Shown here piece after piece: positions 7,773 to 16,102 of a stretch of 27,036 nt of DNA (position 1 is its first letter; every line of letters begins with the position of its first letter). The translations under genes and the position numbers were made by a program. Below the pieces are notes generated by a model that saw nothing but the letters and a program-made list of their open reading frames with translations, searched no databases and was not told the DNA's origin. The DNA comes from a virus (Duplodnaviria > Caudoviricetes): positions 1-27,036 of the IMG/VR virus record IMGVR_UViG_3300033149_002739, one strand, 5' to 3'.

Positions 7773-9544
7773 GCCGCGGACTTCTGCGCCTCCTCAGCAA
7801 GCGCCCGCAGCTCGGTCTTCATGCGCGTCTTCCGCTCTCGCGCAACCTGCTCTTCCATCGCCCCAGACGCAACGATGATCCGAGTCGTCGTCGCCTCCTC
7901 ACGAGGCTTGAGGCTCTTGCCAAGGCTGACCGGCTTGCCGTCGGATCTCATACGCGTCTCGGAGGTGAGGCTCTCGACCGGCACGATCTTCTCTACGAGA
8001 GACTTCAGCTCCGGGTCGCTCTCCATACGCTCGCGCAGCGCTGTCTGATCGTCAGCTGACAGGCCCTCGAACACCATCCGCGAGCCGCTCGGCGTGAAGG
8101 TCAGGTCCGGCTTGTTCTTGTCGCCGACCGGCACGAGCAGCTTCGATACCATCTCCGGCTCCAAGCCCGCGAACTCGCTGAGCACGTAGGCGGCCCACGC
8201 CTGCTTGTTGATGGAGAATGCCTGCTCCATCTGCTCGCCAATCTCCATCATGTAACGGACGGACTCAAAACGCTTTGCGTACAGCTCCGCCTTATGCGAC
8301 TCGTCGAGGTAGCTGACAGGCGCCATCCGTAGCTCGAAGCTGTTGGCGGGGCTCTTCGTGTTGATGCCGCGCAGCTCCAAGTGGATCTTGCAGAGTCGCA
8401 CGACTCCGGCGAGGAAGAAGTGCCGGATACGCTTGACCCCGCGAGCGAACTTCACGGACTGCTGCGACAGCGTGTCTTCGCTGCGGTAGCCCTGCGAGTC
8501 CTCGAACCCCATGTACCCCTTCGGCACCCTCGTACCCGCGAAGAACAGGTCACGCACGTACTCGATGTCGAATATATCGCCGCTGTTCGCACTGCCGGGG
8601 AACTTGTCGATGCCGGAGGAGTTGTCATTGAAGCCGACGGGCCAGTAGATGTTAGGGTCGATCGCCCACGGTGCGTACTCGCTGCGGAACTCGCTCCCCT
8701 GCGGGTTCAGCGAAATGATCCGCTCCATCGCCTTCCGCCAGTTGCGGATGATCCGAAACGACTCGTCAGGCGACGAGTTGCCAGTGAAAATCTTGAAGAT
8801 CAGGCGATCCGGGTGAAGGTTCATCCGGTAGATCGTCATCTGCTCTTCCATGAGCTTCAGCGTCTTGTAGATAAGGCGTACGTTGTAGAAGAACGGGGTG
8901 CCGTACTTGTGCGTCGGGCGTTGCGTGCGGATGCGCCAGTGAACGATATCCCACGGCTGTAGCTGCGGCTCCATACCTGACTCGATGTCCGCCTCTGCCC
9001 CCTGCACCTCACCGACGGCGAAGCCCATGAGCGATCGGCCTGCCGACTCGATGCGGTGAACGACGCGAGGCTCAAGTGGCAAGAGATCGAAGACCCCGCG
9101 CTCCTTCTCGTACTGCACGAGCCCGAAGAGGTCGCCGTACTTCGCGAGCGACCACATGAGCCCATAGCACGTGTCATCAAGCTCCAGAATCTCGAACAGC
9201 CGCGTCAGCTCAACCGTCACACGCGTACTCGGCGACGATACCCAGACGACTTTGTCGCTCTTTGAATCTGGCTGAGTTGCATCCTCACAGTAGGCGTCGA
9301 GCGAGGATGAGGCTAAGACGTACTGGAACATGTCGTCCATGTCCGTGTACACCTGCTCACGGTGCGGCTCAAGGTGGGTGTAGTTACGGTAGTAGTCATA
9401 CGAAGGTGACGCAGCCATCAGCGCAGCTGCAACGTCGGGCGGAGAGCCGACACGCTGCGGGATCTTCGTCTGCGGCGCCTGCGCCGCACGCTTCAGGCCG
9501 AAAAGCGTGCTGTACGCGTCACGGACGCGCTCGATGATCGCCAT
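7769..9544 (-). CDS. Portal protein, T4 gp20-like
   Basis: Directly after terL. LKLMEEQMTIYRM, DRLIFKIFTGN, IDKFPG, DIEYVRDLFFAGTRVPKGYM and SVKFAR match T4-type portal blocks. 591 aa. Confidence 0.88.
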   Translation of the reverse strand: MAIIERVRDAYSTLFGLKRAAQAPQTKIPQRVGSPPDVAAALMAASPSYDYYRNYTHLEPHREQVYTDMDDMFQYVLASSSLDAYCEDATQPDSKSDKVVWVSSPSTRVTVELTRLFEILELDDTCYGLMWSLAKYGDLFGLVQYEKERGVFDLLPLEPRVVHRIESAGRSLMGFAVGEVQGAEADIESGMEPQLQPWDIVHWRIRTQRPTHKYGTPFFYNVRLIYKTLKLMEEQMTIYRMNLHPDRLIFKIFTGNSSPDESFRIIRNWRKAMERIISLNPQGSEFRSEYAPWAIDPNIYWPVGFNDNSSGIDKFPGSANSGDIFDIEYVRDLFFAGTRVPKGYMGFEDSQGYRSEDTLSQQSVKFARGVKRIRHFFLAGVVRLCKIHLELRGINTKSPANSFELRMAPVSYLDESHKAELYAKRFESVRYMMEIGEQMEQAFSINKQAWAAYVLSEFAGLEPEMVSKLLVPVGDKNKPDLTFTPSGSRMVFEGLSADDQTALRERMESDPELKSLVEKIVPVESLTSETRMRSDGKPVSLGKSLKPREEATTTRIIVASGAMEEQVARERKTRMKTELRALAEEAQKSAA

Positions 9545-12500
9545 CTACTCCCCTCCTCTACCCCACCGTGCCATCTGTAGGATCAGGCTCGATTGCCCAC
9601 TACTGAGAGACCGTCCCGGCTTCGGCTTCACAGGCAACGCGGGCATGCCCAGCGGAGGTGGGTCGATACCTTCGATGTGATCGCGCTTCAGGGCCGTTCC
9701 GACGATGTCGTGAAGCCCCTGCTCCTCTATCGTAGTCGGGAGACCTTCCGTCGCCTCGAAAATCTTGTCGGGGGTCATAGTACGGATGGGCAGGTCGAGC
9801 GTCGATAAGCTGTAGACCACGCCAGCTACCGCGTCGCAATTGTGTACAAAGACCCCCGCGTCAAGGGCGAAGTTACGCGTACCCTCAACCGATATACAAT
9901 ACACATCCTCGTATCCGGCCTCTTCCACCGAGACAACCGTGTGGTTCCCCGGCTTGCGAGCTAACCACGGCTTCCGCTGCCGACATCGCTCCGCAGCTGC
10001 TACGCCTTTGCACCCGTCGACACTGAGCTGCTTCCAACTCAGCCCCGCCTCACGAAGCACGCGATAGAGCACCTTCTGAGAACAACTCAGCTCTCGAAGT
10101 ACCTCGCGCTGCGCTTGTGATCTACTCGCCACCTCGCGAATACGGTCAACAGTGATGTCTTTGCGGGCGTTCGGGTTCCTACTACCTCGATAGTGCGGTC
10201 TCGGTCCCCGCGACGCTTCAATAGCAAAGTGAATCGTGCGCTTGCCGGTCTCTGACGCCTTCGCGCGATGAGTTGCCGACTTGTTGTAGCGTGTGAGATT
10301 CACAGGACCGGTGCGTTTGCCCAACTCCGAAGCGCGCTCATCACGTGCTGCCGCGAACTCCGGTCGGTCGTTGAGCGATTTCATGAACGCGCTCTGCCGC
10401 TCACGATTTCCTTCATTGTACCGAGACAACCCCTCAACACGCTTCGCCTCGAATGCCGGGTCTGCACGCTTCTTCAGGATGTCAGCCCGATGACGATCTC
10501 CGTGCTCTTGGATCGTCAGGATCTCCAAACAACATGGATCGTTGTTGAGCTTACCGGCTACGTGATGACACACCATACCTCGTCGCGGGTACGCACGTGA
10601 CTCTTTCCATTGCCCCACCATCCGATGAACGTAATCCCAGCTTTCATCGTCAACGTGCAGGAACTCTTCGTACCCAGGTAGCGAACCATCACCTCTGATC
10701 CTCGTGTAGAGAGGCATGAGGCTGTCCCCGGCTTGGAGGTACTGTGCCTCGTTGTACTTGCCGTCCCGAAGCATGAAGAGGTGATCCGGAGTACAGACTA
10801 CGTCGCGACCGTTGTCAAGCGTCACACGGAGTACGCGTGCCACCTCTCGCGTCTTGCGAGCCGACGTTGCCTTCCCCACGCTGACACGCCCATGTCGAAT
10901 CGTGTAGACGTAGAACGGTCCGTCACGCTGCGATAGCTCCTTCAGTGTTGGAGACGAACCATCAAGTAGTCGTACCCGTGTGTCCCCAACAAAACACACG
11001 TCCTTACTCTTACCAGGCTCATGGTCGACCTTGCGCTTCTCGACATCGTGACGAAGCGCTATGACCTCGTCGATGAACGGCGGGTACGCGTACATGTTGA
11101 GCGCGTTGTATGTCATGGTGTCGCGCAGCATCATGTACGGGCGGTCGTCCCGGTCCACTGACAGAATACCTGCACCCCTGAAGCCACCGATGTCCGCGAG
11201 CGGGTCTTTCCGGTTCGCCTGCCGGCGGGAGTCACGAGGTACCTGCGCGGCCTTCTGCAGAATCTGCGCCGCCATCGCGCTTTCCCACCCGTCGAACGTC
11301 ACCTTGATGAGAGGGATACCGAAGTTGCGCAAGTTGAGGATGAAGGCGACAATCTTCGTCAAGTCGATCTGCGTACCAAACGTCGGCACGATACGCAACA
11401 TGAAGTCCATCCATATCTTCGGACGGAACTCCTCGACCACCATACCTGTGATCGGGTCGTGCTTCGTGTACGTGTAGTAGTCAAAGCGGTGCCCCATCGC
11501 CATGCCCGCCGAGTCGCCGGTGAGCCCGAGGTCAACATGAATGACACGCGGCTCCGCGGCCCGCAGCTTCATGCGGTATGCACTCTTGTCGATGTAGACG
11601 AGCGCGGTCCAGTTGATGAGCTGCAAGAGGTCAGCCGCAGGATCGTTGAGCGGCAGCGTCGCCTGCTCAACGGAGAAAGGATGACGGCGAGTCTTGTCGA
11701 TGCACGCGTAGACGCTTTCAGGACGATGGATCAGCGGCGACTCGCCGAAGGTCGGAATGCCGGCGACGTCGCGCAGCGCGCCCTCAATATCGCGATGGAA
11801 GTCGCTGTAGAAGTCCATCGGCACCTCGACAACAGGCTGATTCTCTGCCGGCTCCAAGGTCTCGATTAGCTTGCCACTCTTGAGGTCATGGCGGTCGAGC
11901 AGCTTACTGCTACGGTACCGGTTGCCCACCGCCACGCGGAAGCTCTTTGGTGAGTAGTTGTCGCGCCCCTTCGTGTCCCACAGCGAGTAGTCGCTGACGT
12001 GAAGCTCAGGGCTGCCCTTCATCGAGCGCAGGTGTTCCTCAAGGAAGCTCGACTGCGTGCGCCGCGAGCTGACAAGGCATGCAAGCCCAGGACACCAGCC
12101 ATGCTGCGCGAAGCGGCTCTTGATGCGGCGGCTGGTGTGGTTGTAGAGCTGGTATGCCTGATCTCGCTCCTTCGCGTCCTCACCCTTCGGCAGGTTGCGG
12201 AGCTTGCGCATGAAGTTCATCTCGTCGATGAGCACGGAGAACAGGTTAGAACCCAGCGCGTGAATCTCGGTCGACCCCTCCTGCACGAAGAGGTTCGACT
12301 GCGGCCACTCAATGCGCGTGTCCTTCGTCTTCTTGCGCGGGAAGCTTTCCTTGAAGTAGGGTGACGCGTCGAAGAACCTCCGCATCTGGATGAAGTCGAT
12401 GCTCGCCGCGTTGCGCAGCGTGACGTTGAAGCAGCCGAAGGCGATCTCAGTACCGCTCGCGAGTCCGTAGTATACCTGCGGCTCCCGAAGGCACGACAGC

Positions 12501-12931
12501 ATGTACAGCTTGTAGGCAGTCGCGACAAGCGCGGAGTAGGTCTTCCCCGCGCCGATGGCACCCGTCAGCACCCACTCGGCGACAGGCGAGCCGTACCCGC
12601 AGACGTAGATGATGTCCGTCTTCCACGCGGGGTAGAGCGTTCTGCCGACGTGCCCAAAGTAGTAGTCGTCTTCGAGGAACTGCTTGATATCCACGGGCCG
12701 GACGCGGTAGTCCAGCTCCCATAGAGCGTCAAGCGTAGCGGAGTTGCCTTTATCCCGAAGCTCGATCAGGACGTCTACGAGAACGCCCTGCTCTTCGGAG
12801 CTGAGGTGCTTGACGTTCTCGAACCACGAACGGACGGTGCGCTTGTCCTGGTTGTCCGCGGCTTCGACGATGCGGTCAAGAAGTCGGCTCAGATCCTCAC
12901 GCAGCTTCGGCGTCGACCTCTCGATCGTCAT
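9545..12931 (-). CDS. terL: Terminase large subunit precursor (1128 aa; 742 aa after intein excision)
   Basis: Walker A GAIGAGKT, Walker B VLIDEMNF, coupling motif VSS, nuclease motifs IHVDLG, VTFDGW and KVDH..SKDV/CDAV. Adjacent to the portal gene. Confidence 0.92.
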   Translation of the reverse strand: MTIERSTPKLREDLSRLLDRIVEAADNQDKRTVRSWFENVKHLSSEEQGVLVDVLIELRDKGNSATLDALWELDYRVRPVDIKQFLEDDYYFGHVGRTLYPAWKTDIIYVCGYGSPVAEWVLTGAIGAGKTYSALVATAYKLYMLSCLREPQVYYGLASGTEIAFGCFNVTLRNAASIDFIQMRRFFDASPYFKESFPRKKTKDTRIEWPQSNLFVQEGSTEIHALGSNLFSVLIDEMNFMRKLRNLPKGEDAKERDQAYQLYNHTSRRIKSRFAQHGWCPGLACLVSSRRTQSSFLEEHLRSMKGSPELHVSDYSLWDTKGRDNYSPKSFRVAVGNRYRSSKLLDRHDLKSGKLIETLEPAENQPVVEVPMDFYSDFHRDIEGALRDVAGIPTFGESPLIHRPESVYACIDKTRRHPFSVEQATLPLNDPAADLLQLINWTALVYIDKSAYRMKLRAAEPRVIHVDLGLTGDSAGMAMGHRFDYYTYTKHDPITGMVVEEFRPKIWMDFMLRIVPTFGTQIDLTKIVAFILNLRNFGIPLIKVTFDGWESAMAAQILQKAAQVPRDSRRQANRKDPLADIGGFRGAGILSVDRDDRPYMMLRDTMTYNALNMYAYPPFIDEVIALRHDVEKRKVDHEPGKSKDVCFVGDTRVRLLDGSSPTLKELSQRDGPFYVYTIRHGRVSVGKATSARKTREVARVLRVTLDNGRDVVCTPDHLFMLRDGKYNEAQYLQAGDSLMPLYTRIRGDGSLPGYEEFLHVDDESWDYVHRMVGQWKESRAYPRRGMVCHHVAGKLNNDPCCLEILTIQEHGDRHRADILKKRADPAFEAKRVEGLSRYNEGNRERQSAFMKSLNDRPEFAAARDERASELGKRTGPVNLTRYNKSATHRAKASETGKRTIHFAIEASRGPRPHYRGSRNPNARKDITVDRIREVASRSQAQREVLRELSCSQKVLYRVLREAGLSWKQLSVDGCKGVAAAERCRQRKPWLARKPGNHTVVSVEEAGYEDVYCISVEGTRNFALDAGVFVHNCDAVAGVVYSLSTLDLPIRTMTPDKIFEATEGLPTTIEEQGLHDIVGTALKRDHIEGIDPPPLGMPALPVKPKPGRSLSSGQSSLILQMARWGRGGE
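9839..10996 (-). mobile_element. Intein (386 aa) with HNH homing endonuclease in terL
   Basis: Block A CFVGDTRVRLLDG (Cys at 10996), block B VVCTPDHLF, block F EDVYCISV, block G HN followed by +1 Cys. Internal YVHRMV...VCHH...NNDPCCLEIL...EH motif. Confidence 0.93.
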
Positions 12932-13532
12932 CCTCCATCAGCCTCCGTAGAACCTCTGCACGGACCTCCTGCTCGTCCGTGTGCGCCGGCTCGGGCAGCT
13001 TACCACGTTCCGCGAGCCCAAGTATCGCCTGCATCGTCGCCTGTATGGTGCGCCGCGCCGTGACGGAGATGTCCTCCCCGGGAAGCGCTTCGCCCTCGGC
13101 GGGCGAATGGAAGATGGTGTTGAAGGTCTGCTGCAGGTTCCCGCTGAAGCCGTGCTTCGTGATCGCTGCCGGCGACATGAGCCGTTCGAGGAAGTCGACA
13201 TCGTCGCGCTCGAAGTTGTGGAGCGTCTCGACGTGGCGCCGCAGCTCCTGCGGGTTTTCCCGCAGCGACGCAAGATGATCCGGGTCCGTCATGTACTCAA
13301 GGCCCAGGTCAAGCGCCTTGTACAAGCGCATGAGCCTGTTCATCTTGTGGTTCCCAAGCACCCCCATGAACAACTGCGTGCGCTCCCGCTGGTTCGCACG
13401 ATCCTGTACGTCGCGGCGGACCCTACGAGGAAGCGGCCGACCATCCACCAGCGCGGCAGTCAGGTCTTCCAGTGTGCGAAGCGACTGCGACACGGGGTGC
13501 GGTTGTCTCACGGGCGGCTCTGCAGCAGACAT
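12897..13532 (-). CDS. Hypothetical helical protein, candidate terminase small subunit
   Basis: 211 aa, overlaps the terL start. The TerS call rests on position and size only. Confidence 0.55.
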   Translation of the reverse strand: MSAAEPPVRQPHPVSQSLRTLEDLTAALVDGRPLPRRVRRDVQDRANQRERTQLFMGVLGNHKMNRLMRLYKALDLGLEYMTDPDHLASLRENPQELRRHVETLHNFERDDVDFLERLMSPAAITKHGFSGNLQQTFNTIFHSPAEGEALPGEDISVTARRTIQATMQAILGLAERGKLPEPAHTDEQEVRAEVLRRLMEDDDREVDAEAA

Positions 13533-13879
13533 TCCAAGTCAACTCCCCTAAGTCGTTTCTCCATACGATAGTATATCCGCCTGACGTCGTCTGTCACCAT
13601 TCCATAGTGCCGCGCGATGTCATAAATCACACGAGCTTTTGATCCCTTCGTGGTGCGATAGAGCTGCAGGTAGATGCTCACGTTCCGCACCGAATCCTCG
13701 ATCTCCTCCCGAGTCGGAACCTTGATCGTCATGCCGGCGAACAGCTCAAGGAACTTCGACAGCGCCTCTCGGCCGAACACGTCGTACAGCTCGGGTAGGT
13801 GCGTATCGTCAGCCCGATCGACGAGCAACACCGTCACTATGTCGAGGTACCGCTTATGGTAAAGGCCGATGCTCTTCAT
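13508..13879 (-). CDS. Mor/C-family transcription activator-like protein
   Basis: LYDVFGREALSKFLELFAGMTIKVP...RNVSIY...IARHYGMVTDDVRRIY resembles the Mor dimerisation region plus HTH (G...YIP...RN..I...LA.KY.L....IY.I). Confidence 0.75.
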   Translation of the reverse strand: MKSIGLYHKRYLDIVTVLLVDRADDTHLPELYDVFGREALSKFLELFAGMTIKVPTREEIEDSVRNVSIYLQLYRTTKGSKARVIYDIARHYGMVTDDVRRIYYRMEKRLRGVDLECLLQSRP

Positions 13880-14613
13880 TCCTCAGGCGCCTCGAACGCG
13901 AGTAGCATCTTGAGGTCGTCACCCTTCCCAAACACCTCAATCGTCCCCCGAAGCTTGTAGAGCATGGTGCGTAGGCGCAACGTCACGTGCTCGACGAAGA
14001 ACCCGTCGAAAGGCACCCCCAAGCTGTGGATCGTCTGCGGGTCTGGCTCGTCGTCATCCCACAGACAACGCACCACGTAACAGATTGCCTCAGGCCGATC
14101 CTGAAAACGGTCCCCTTCGACGACGAGCTTCATGAGGTGCCCCGGTAGCTCGTGAATGAACGCGATCGTTTCCGCGCTCGCAAGGCGGGTCGCCGTCGTC
14201 CCGCGCCATCCCTTCTCCCCGAGAAAGCTCGTCGCCGGCTTGAGGTACTTGTCCCTGAGCGTCGCGTAAACCGAAGTCTGGCATATGCGGATGACGTAAC
14301 GGGCGTACCGGGAAGGATGACCGTCGGGGAGGCGACCACGAGAGGCAGCATCCCAGACGCTCACGAGAGCACGCTGCACCGCGTCTTCACGTTGCTCATG
14401 CGTCAGGTTCGGAAAGGTCAGCTGCAGCCACTTCACCACACCGCGACGGGCGTAACCGAGGTAGGTGTTCGGTCCTGCGAGCCCGGCGACGTAGAACCGG
14501 TAGAGGTGGTACGACACGTGGTTGCAATACGAGATACCCCGATCGTCGACCTCGACCGAGTCAAGCGCTACGTCGCCAAGGAAGGGACTCGTAGAGGGCG
14601 TGCTGGTCGTCAC
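13876..14613 (-). CDS. Divergent sigma70/ECF-like sigma factor
   Basis: QREDAVQRALVSVW...SRYARYVIRICQTSVYATLR resembles sigma region 2 (AED.VQE.F...W...F..YL..I..N...D.LR). Region 4 is not clearly recognisable. Confidence 0.6.
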   Translation of the reverse strand: MTTSTPSTSPFLGDVALDSVEVDDRGISYCNHVSYHLYRFYVAGLAGPNTYLGYARRGVVKWLQLTFPNLTHEQREDAVQRALVSVWDAASRGRLPDGHPSRYARYVIRICQTSVYATLRDKYLKPATSFLGEKGWRGTTATRLASAETIAFIHELPGHLMKLVVEGDRFQDRPEAICYVVRCLWDDDEPDPQTIHSLGVPFDGFFVEHVTLRLRTMLYKLRGTIEVFGKGDDLKMLLAFEAPEE

Positions 14614-15322
14614 GAGTGATCCACATCTTCCCCGTGTCGGGATTGTCTCCGTACTCGCCGGCCCCGGGAGGAAGCCAGGAAGGCTCTACCATGATGCGCT
14701 TGAGCGCGTAGTCGACGTCGTCCTGAATGGCGCGAAGGCTCGCGTTCCTGAACTCAAGGTCGAGAAGCTCGTCATACGTGCGCGGCCCGACGATGAGAGC
14801 GGCGTAGATGAACCACTCCATCGTGCCCTTGACGTACGTGTAGACCTCCGACGCATCCCAGTTGATGGTGCCCGTCTTCCATTCGAGCATGTCGAGCGGG
14901 TACTTCCCTCCCGACAATCCGCTCTCGCGCGCCCACTGCATCACGAAGGTCGCGCGGTCCTCCGTTGCCTTCGGGAGACGCCGGAACGGCAGGAGACCTC
15001 GGGCGCTCTTACGCTTCTTCTTAGGAGGCACAGGAGCAGACGATGGTGTTACAACCGCCTCCGTGCGCCGCATTGAGAGCAACGCCGCCTGAGCGAAACC
15101 CTCGCGAAACAACCCCTTCGAGTACATCGCCACACAGAGCGCAGCCACGACGACGCTGCTGTCGTCGTCAAGCGCCTTGAGCCCGTCGTAAAAGATGATC
15201 CCAGCGTCTGCCGAAATCGCGTGCTCCTGCACAGCCACAGCAAGCGCAGCACGCGCTACGTCTGGCATCGAGCCCAAACGGTAGACGGCCTTCGGGATTG
15301 TCAGGTCGGTAGCGTCCATCAT
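14561..15322 (-). CDS. Hypothetical two-domain protein with basic linker
   Basis: 253 aa, ATGA overlap with the upstream gene. No family recognised. Confidence 0.7.
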   Translation of the reverse strand: MMDATDLTIPKAVYRLGSMPDVARAALAVAVQEHAISADAGIIFYDGLKALDDDSSVVVAALCVAMYSKGLFREGFAQAALLSMRRTEAVVTPSSAPVPPKKKRKSARGLLPFRRLPKATEDRATFVMQWARESGLSGGKYPLDMLEWKTGTINWDASEVYTYVKGTMEWFIYAALIVGPRTYDELLDLEFRNASLRAIQDDVDYALKRIMVEPSWLPPGAGEYGDNPDTGKMWITRDDQHALYESLPWRRSA

Positions 15323-15921
15323 TTCCTCGCCTTCGCCTTCGCCTTCGTCTTCGCCTTCCTCGCCTTCGCTGCCTTCTTCTGCGCGTTACGCCCCTTCGCA
15401 TGCGCCTCGACCGCAACTGCATTGATCGGCAACGCGAAGGCGTCAAGCCATGTGCGCCCGCTCGGAAAGTCCGACAGGTCAACCGGCATGAGCGAGAACT
15501 CCTCAACACGCCAATAGCTCAACCGCCGGCCGCGATGCGCGGGATCAGGAACGACCTCGTGCGTCATGAGGTCGATACGGCAGTGAAGCGGCCACGGGAT
15601 CTTCTCGATCTTTCGGCGGCGCTCCGTGCGACCCCCCTGCGTCGTCATCTGGATGAGCCATACCCCCGTCGCGCTACCGTTCATGGTGCAGTGCCGAAAC
15701 ATCGCCCGAGGTCGCGCGAACGGCGCGAAGGACGCCGGTATGAGGCTCTGGAAGTCGATGGCGCCGAACAGATCGTGCGCGAAGGAAAAGGTCAGCCCTG
15801 CAGCCGCCCGCCGGTAGCGATGCACGTGCTCCAAACCGAGGAAGTAGAGCCACTTCTCACAGAACAGCTCAGCGGCCTTGTCCTTCTTTCCCCTCGACGC
15901 CTTCTTCTGTTTCTGCGCCAC
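15319..15921 (-). CDS. Putative PD-(D/E)xK-type endonuclease / Holliday junction resolvase-like
   Basis: E..C...L helix, DLFGAIDF and VWLIQMTT resemble the phage DLFG.ID...(L/V)QV(K/T) family. Lys/Ala-rich termini. Confidence 0.5.
   Translation of the reverse strand: MAQKQKKASRGKKDKAAELFCEKWLYFLGLEHVHRYRRAAAGLTFSFAHDLFGAIDFQSLIPASFAPFARPRAMFRHCTMNGSATGVWLIQMTTQGGRTERRRKIEKIPWPLHCRIDLMTHEVVPDPAHRGRRLSYWRVEEFSLMPVDLSDFPSGRTWLDAFALPINAVAVEAHAKGRNAQKKAAKARKAKTKAKAKARK
15326..15376. repeat. Imperfect tandem (CTTCGC)n hexamer encoding a Lys-Ala tail
   Basis: cctcgc cttcgc cttcgc cttcgt cttcgc cttcct cgc cttcgc encodes KAAKARKAKTKAKAKARK. Confidence 0.8.
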
Positions 15922-16102
15922 TGACCGGTGTTCTCCCGTCTGAACGGTAGAGGTAGCGTTCGTGGACGATGAGAGTGCGTCCGTCCTGGTCCTCTACCTC
16001 AACGAGTCCTTCATCTGTCGTTCGTCGATACTTCACAGACCGGCGCTCTGTCCGGCACGACTCGATCATCCGAAACCGCAGCTTCTCACCAGCTCGGAAC
16101 AT
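15869..16102 (-). CDS. Small hypothetical protein (SH3-like beta fold possible)
   Basis: ATG at 16102 overlaps the end of sbcC. MFRAGEKLRF...GLVEVEDQDGRTLIVHERYL. Fills the gap. Confidence 0.55.
   Translation of the reverse strand: MFRAGEKLRFRMIESCRTERRSVKYRRTTDEGLVEVEDQDGRTLIVHERYLYRSDGRTPVSGAETEEGVEGKEGQGR

Noticed and set aside
15008-15028. PPKKKRK peptide matching the SV40 nuclear localisation signal
   Set aside because: A short low-complexity match inside a basic linker. All context (SD sites, sigma, HU, portal) indicates a prokaryotic host.
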